A stretch of DNA of 64,000 nucleotides from Chrysomallon squamiferum. Lineage: Eukaryota; Animalia; Mollusca. The notes under the pieces are model-generated. The model saw only the letters and a program-made list of their open reading frames with translations, was not told the origin of the DNA and searched no databases. The translations under genes and the position numbers were made by a program. Of the stretch, positions 55,235 through 64,000 are shown piece by piece; positions within the stretch are counted from its first letter, which is position 1, and every line of letters starts with the position of its first letter. Location of the stretch: NCBI GenBank assembly GCA_012295275.1, contig CM022666.1:10850001-10914000 (forward strand), written 5' to 3'.

Positions 55235-56487
55235 ATGAATTTGGCTGAGCAGCTGAAAAACGTAAAATTGAAAGCACCGAAAGAACCTGTCAAAGATTAT
55301 TCGTCTCCCCGGATGTGCGGTTTTATCTCTGAAAGGGAAATAACCGATTATCAAAACTCCGTGCTTGACGTCAATACCGAACAATGGCTGGAAACATTAA
55401 GTGACGTCACTTTCCTCACGGAGTACTGTCCAATCGATATACACGAAGCGGAAATAATGATCACTCTGTTTGAAAGACTTTATAAAAACCTTGATCCCGT
55501 TGGTATTTCCAAAGTGGAATGGCGGGACAATTTGACAGCCGACGAAAATAACGTAATTAGGAACATGACTGATAGACTTTCTACAACAATGATGAAATTT
55601 ACAAGTGGTGATGGCTTTGCGTTTGTTAAGACCTCTTGCAGGAGTCCAAAAGATGCTCCTTTAGCTCAAACTCGGTTTAAGAAAATTGTTAACCTGCGAT
55701 TAACCGAAGCAGACGACAGTGATTCAGAAAATACTCGGATTATCTGTCTACTTCAAGCGGCATTCGAAGCTATGAAAGTGAAAACCGCTGACGAGGCTTT
55801 GGACATGATGTTCCGAAGTGAGCGAGTTTATCAAGACATGTTGCTTGCTGTCCAAATACGCGCCAGATTCCGTGAAAATTTTGTTGTTAGACAGTTTGTA
55901 CACATTGATGTTGACATGGAATTTCGAGGTTTTGTTTACAAAAATAAACTTGTTGCTCTTTCACAGTATAACTATTTGATATATTCCACAAGACTGGTTG
56001 AAAGGAAAGAAAAAATTAATAAAATTATTAAACATTTCTTTTACAATGAGGTGAAACCGAGAATTATGTCATGTCAGAAAATTCCAGAAAATTACATTGT
56101 CGATTTTGCTGTTTGCGATGAAGGTAAATATATTTATTTTAAATTGAAAGGCTCAGTATTTGCTATTAATGTTATGGTTTTGAATCCTTACGTCAACTTT
56201 ATAATAAAAATAAATAAGTGTTAAAATTAATTAACGACTCGACTGTTACAGCTGATAATACTACTACTATTACAACGGTTACTTTTTGTCTTTTTACTCA
56301 TTTAGGTCAGAAGGTTTGGGTCATAGAAATCAATCCGTTTCTGCAGACGACAGATGGCGCTCTCTTTAGCTGGGAACATGAGCGACATCTGCTGGAAGGA
56401 GAAGATTTTGTCTTTAGAATTGTGGAGAGGTTAAAACCAGGAGCTATGACAATGTTACCTCTGAGTATTAAAACTCTTCTTCTCTGA
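55235..56487 (+). CDS. Cdc123-like (R2K clade) ATP-grasp protein, 356 aa; exons 55235-56123, 56306-56487
   Basis: Motifs FVKTSCRSPKD, SERVYQD, VVRQF, MEFRGFV, LVALSQY, YIVDF, VIEINPF and LFSW. A phase-1 GT-AG intron joins the two track ORFs into 1071 nt. The ATG directly follows an acceptor-like tttaatag. Confidence 0.88.
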
Positions 56488-56816
56488 TAGAATGAGCGTT
56501 TTGTAGTACCTTGTCGTTGTCGTTGTTGCTCACAGAGCTCTTTGTGATTGAATCAATATTAATTTCATGTTGATTAAATTGTGCGATTTTTCAATTAAAT
56601 TTATTACTATTGTTGTCGTTGTTGTTTCGTTCATTAAATCTATCTTTGTTTCTCTGAGAGTTTGTATATATCGCTTTGCTGTAGTTGATTGTTGCTGTCG
56701 TGGTTACAGAAAGAATGACTATGTAATTTAACAGATTTTTGTTTTCTTCATGACAAAAATATAACTATAAATAAAATAAGTAATTTGTACAAACATATAT
56801 CGTGTCAGTGCTAATT

Positions 56817-56895
<79 letters not shown>

Positions 56896-57502
56896 CATAC
56901 TCACACTCATACTCATAATCATAATAATAATGATTTTAGCTGTAATAATAAACTAAAAAAGGAAATCCACTCCAAAACATTCTCTCTGTTTCCTGTTCAT
57001 CAAATTATTTTCGTTCATACACATACACCTGTACAAGATTTCTCGGCAAATAATTCAAACTGGCATTATCTTCAGTGACAGCTGGAAAGAAAATCTATTA
57101 ATGTACATTGTATGTAACGTCATTAATCTTATGATAATTCAACCGGGTATAAGTAATCTTATCAACTGGCTCAGTGTGTTACATATTTTAGATATTAACT
57201 GTGGCTAGATAATACTGTAGGTTTTAACAACACTGCATTGTATGTAGCTCCGTTTTTACGACGAATACGAAACACATTTAATAAAGTGTACTGGGGATCG
57301 TTTCAAACGTAAATATACGTTGATTCTCATTCTCTTTTAACATGTTTTTAAAATAATGTTATTATTAACGTAATTTTCTTTTTCTTTTGTTTGATTGTTT
57401 GAATGACAGAATACATAAAATGCAATATAAAAACATGTGGGTGTGTCTATCTATGTATGTATGCAGTAGCAGTAATACTTCTTATTATTATTAATATTAT
57501 CA

Positions 57503-57533
<31 letters not shown>

Positions 57534-58055
57534 TTTTTTAATATTTTTTTGTTCTATTAACTTTTTTATTTAAGTGTTGTTGGGTTGTTCTTGTTTGGGG
57601 GGTTGGGTATTTACACTTATTATCACCCGCCAGTAACGGTTCTGTATGGAAATTGCAAAATTGATCTTCGACAGGTCTGTAACTATGGACGCTTTTCGTG
57701 TTTTGTCAGTCAGACAATAATACTTGTGAGTAATGTATTATCGATCTCGCCACAACATCGCTAGATAAATTCATTTTAAAATTACTTTAGTTTTTTTAGC
57801 ACGTCGAGCAAGTTTCATATTACTACTGCCTTTTGTGTTGATGTGAAGGCAGTAAAATGGCTTCATTTAGATTTTTTGATACCACCCCGCGTTTCTGTTT
57901 CGGGTTTGTAGTGTGAAAGGAAAATGCAGAACTGGTTAGTTTAATGACGTTCTCTGTATACAGACGACAGTATTAGATTGTTGGGCAAGTTTTCAAAACT
58001 TAAGCTTATTGTTCCCATATTGTTTGTTGTTGGTACTTGATTGGAAGATGTAACA

Positions 58056-60619
<2,564 letters not shown>

Positions 60620-60937
60620 TCCAGTACACGAAGCAAAGATCAAAATCATTGCTAGTACTCTCAATATTATCAAGAAATTTTAGTATTTTCTGTGTTCGAA
60701 CTGAAGTCGCATTGAAAGAGAAAATACCAGATAATTTGAATACTCAAAAACCTGTTAGTTCATAGGAAAAACTGGTTTCTAAAATAACAACAACAACAAC
60801 AAAAATAATAATAATACCTTGAAAGTATAGAAAATATGTTTGTTCATACTGACTGGAAGTATAATTAAAAATAAAATTAAAAAATTATATTAATGTCACG
60901 TTTTAATTAGTTAATGCATACAGTTATTTTCATTACT

Positions 60938-60997
<60 letters not shown>

Positions 60998-62798
60998 CGT
61001 TAGTGGTGGTGTAGTGATGTGTTATTTTTTTATAATAATATTTTTGATGACATTAACAATGCTATTAATGTCACAGTTATATTATTTCAGTTTATTATAT
61101 TAAAATAGACTGACTATGTTTTGCAAGAACAGAAAGAGTGAAACTTTGTGTAAAATCTTCATTATCTCTGCGGTATTTGAATGTTAAGTCATCTGAAGTT
61201 TTAGGTTTGTCAGGGCAAACAGTCGTACAGAGGTTTTACTTTTCCCAAGACAGTGTTAGTGTTAGAGAAATTTGTTACAGAAAAGAGAGTGTTTAATAGA
61301 TTTATGGTACGAGGTGTTTGAGATGTAATCACAAAACTTACCATTTTTAATACCGATACTTTAAGAGAGGCTGGTCTGTAACATGCAGAATTCATGAGTG
61401 TTTTTAATAACTGGTTGACATAGTAACTAGAGTTGTTTTATAAACTATTTATTATCTTGTCATTACACTGCTGGAATCTTCATGATGTCTCTGGCTTACA
61501 GTCTACTGTGACTGAATGCGAACTCATCAACAGGCGTAATTAACTTGAACATTCAATAAGAACGAAAACAAAATTGAAGTTTGTTCTTTTAAAGACAGAA
61601 TTTTCTAATAAATTGCAATACTAAAATGTGGAATTTATGCAACATTTTTATTTTTATTTTTGCAAATTTATAATGACACAGTTTAATTTGTTTCTTAAAA
61701 TCAATTTCCATTGAGCCATGTTTTTATAATGATGTCTGTGGATTTGAGCCAATTTCCTCTTGAATAATTAATTCAAAATACAAAACAATTAATATCTAAA
61801 TTAAAATCATTTTATTTGTAATGTTTTGATAATAACTGTACGTAGAAATTAAGAAAACCAGAAATTATAAATTTAAACCAAATCGTTAAGCTTTTGATTC
61901 AAAAATACTTTTATACACATCAAGAAATGTTCTTATTCAGTCAGGTCGGTGAATCGTCATCTTCCAAAAGTTTCTGGTAGTCGGAAACGTAATAAATCAG
62001 AAATATTTGCCCAGATATTAATGTAATTCATGAATAAATTAGTTTAATAAATTTCGCATAGCTTTAATTAGTTCAGCATTAAATTTAACTCCACGAGTGT
62101 AAATGAGTTATTTTCTGACTTATTACAAAGAACAACATTCGAAATTTTAAAAATATAATTAGACGTTACCGATCTGGCTAGTAATGCACATAATAACATG
62201 TAAATTTATTCAGTTCAGTGTTACGTTTAACTAGACTTAATCGTATCTATAATTTTTGTGTTATTTGTTTATTTTGAATTACAAACTAAACTGTTATGGA
62301 TTTTTTGCAGTGAGCGTTTAATAAAGAAATATGTAAATATTCTTTATTGAAAATTACTCGACCATCGACACGAACATTTCGTAACAAGCACTAAAATTGC
62401 TGTTGTCAGTTGCGTTGAACACGCCAAAGTAGTCCCCGGATGCAAGTGGGATCTGAACATTTATCTCAAAGTCTGTCGCTGGAAGTACGTATTTCCCCTG
62501 AAAAAATCAAATAGTCATAAAAAAACGAAACAAATATATTTGTGTAAGTCGAGAGAAAAAGCCACTGAAAGAGAAATAGCAAGAACTAGAGTCGAAGCAT
62601 ACTTCTGCTGTGGATAGAATGCATTTAAGTTCAAATATGCTGATTTTCTTCTAATCGATGTGTTTTGGTTGCAAATGTACACTTAATGAAAACTTTAGAT
62701 TAAAAAAAAAGAAAAAGGCCATAGATAATAAGTATGTTTTTAACCTTATTCAACTTCAGTGAAATGTAAAAATCCAATGCTCTGTCAACTGTGTTAAC

Positions 62799-62889
62799 AA
62801 ATATTCCATAAATTATTATTTCAGCATGAAGATTTTTATAAGTTAATAAATATTCCATAAATTATTAGGTCAGCATGAAGATTTTTATA
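62799..62889. repeat. Two-copy direct duplication of about 42 bp
   Basis: aaatattccataaattatta(tt/gg)tcagcatgaagatttttata occurs twice, 49 bp apart. Confidence 0.85.
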
Positions 62890-62977
62890 CGTTTGCTTTT
62901 TTTCTTCAGTAATCTGTTTATAAACAAGGATAATAATTTTAACTTTTTTATATTTTTTCTTTATTTTATTATTATTA

Positions 62978-63050
<73 letters not shown>

Positions 63051-63320
63051 TCTGTATTTCTTTATCTATTTTGAATCTTACACACAAAATGTTCGCTGAT
63101 AAAAGATAATCTTGATAAGCCAATAATAATATTTTGTGCGTGTCAAGGCAGATTAAAGGATTTGACAAACATAGTAAACAGAAATTACTGACCTTGTAAT
63201 TACAGTGCGTGTTTGCCTGGAGGCGTGTAAACCAACAGTTTTCCATTAACTTCTTTGTCTACTTAGATTTTGTTAAGACATGTTATTCTTATTGTAATAA
63301 TGATACCCCGTGGGTATTTG

Positions 63321-63436
63321 TCTGTGTGTGCGTGTTTATCTGTGTGTGTGTGTGTATATATATGTGTGTGTTTACATATGTGTGTATGTGTATATGTGTG
63401 TATGTGTATATATATATGTGTGTGTGTGTGTTTGTA

Positions 63437-63534
<98 letters not shown>
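63321..63534. repeat. (TG)n compound microsatellite
   Basis: Direct observation. Confidence 0.95.
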
Positions 63535-63535
<1 letters not shown>

Positions 63536-64000
63536 TCTACGTGTTCATGGTTACAGTGAGTGTATAACATGGACGTTACAACATATGCTCATTGCATTAG
63601 AAAACATGTTTTTATTAAAGTTACTGTTTTGAACGAACATAAATTATTTGAAAGTGATGAGTGACAGCTAGAGTATTAGCTCGTGTATTTAGATGTAATT
63701 TGTTTAACTTAAACCTAAATCCACTCTATACAGTACGCAGTGTACACATTTACGTAAATAATTATTTTTAGTCAGATTTGATAGACAACATAAGCTTACC
63801 ATATTAGCGTGCATGGTATGAAATAATTAGTTAACATTAATATTAATATTTTAATATCATATATATAGAAACAATTTTTTATTAAAATACCGTCATATGA
63901 TATTTGATATTTATTTTTATTAATGGTAATATTTTAAAAGTCCATATGACAATATAATCTTTCTGTATTAGATTAATATAAATTAATATTTCATACTGTT

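Noticed and set aside
56124-56305. Two separate ORFs or a frameshift in the Cdc123-like gene
   Set aside because: A phase-1 GT-AG intron joins them cleanly.
60700-64000. Possible further exons or RNA genes at the window end
   Set aside because: No coding-like segment with splice support was found, and no tRNA, rRNA or snRNA signature was recognised by eye.

Overview
AT-rich, microsatellite-dense animal genomic DNA with spliceosomal introns. The gene content and repeat types suggest a lophotrochozoan, probably a gastropod mollusc (inference). Most ORFs in the supplied track are simple-repeat artefacts. Eight protein-coding genes were reconstructed by hand, and all exon phases are consistent. 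They are: an intronless rhodopsin-class GPCR; two C2H2 zinc-finger genes; two tandem paralogues, each with 6 coding exons, encoding Cys-free secreted proteins made of amphipathic helical segments separated by two conserved KR sites; an 11-exon OFA-like MFS transporter; a head-to-head non-canonical Cdc123/R2K ATP-grasp gene with a WH2-like N-terminus; and a 2-exon unknown gene. Mobile DNA comprises nested MULE-like elements with a FLYWCH remnant, a Tc1/mariner-type MITE, a Sola2-like element, a foldback hairpin and probable SINE fragments. The best candidate for an undescribed system is the tandem pair of KR-processed amphipathic-helix precursors at 30.9-44.3 kb. Each gene independently carries a tandem array that multiplies one of its own splice donors.
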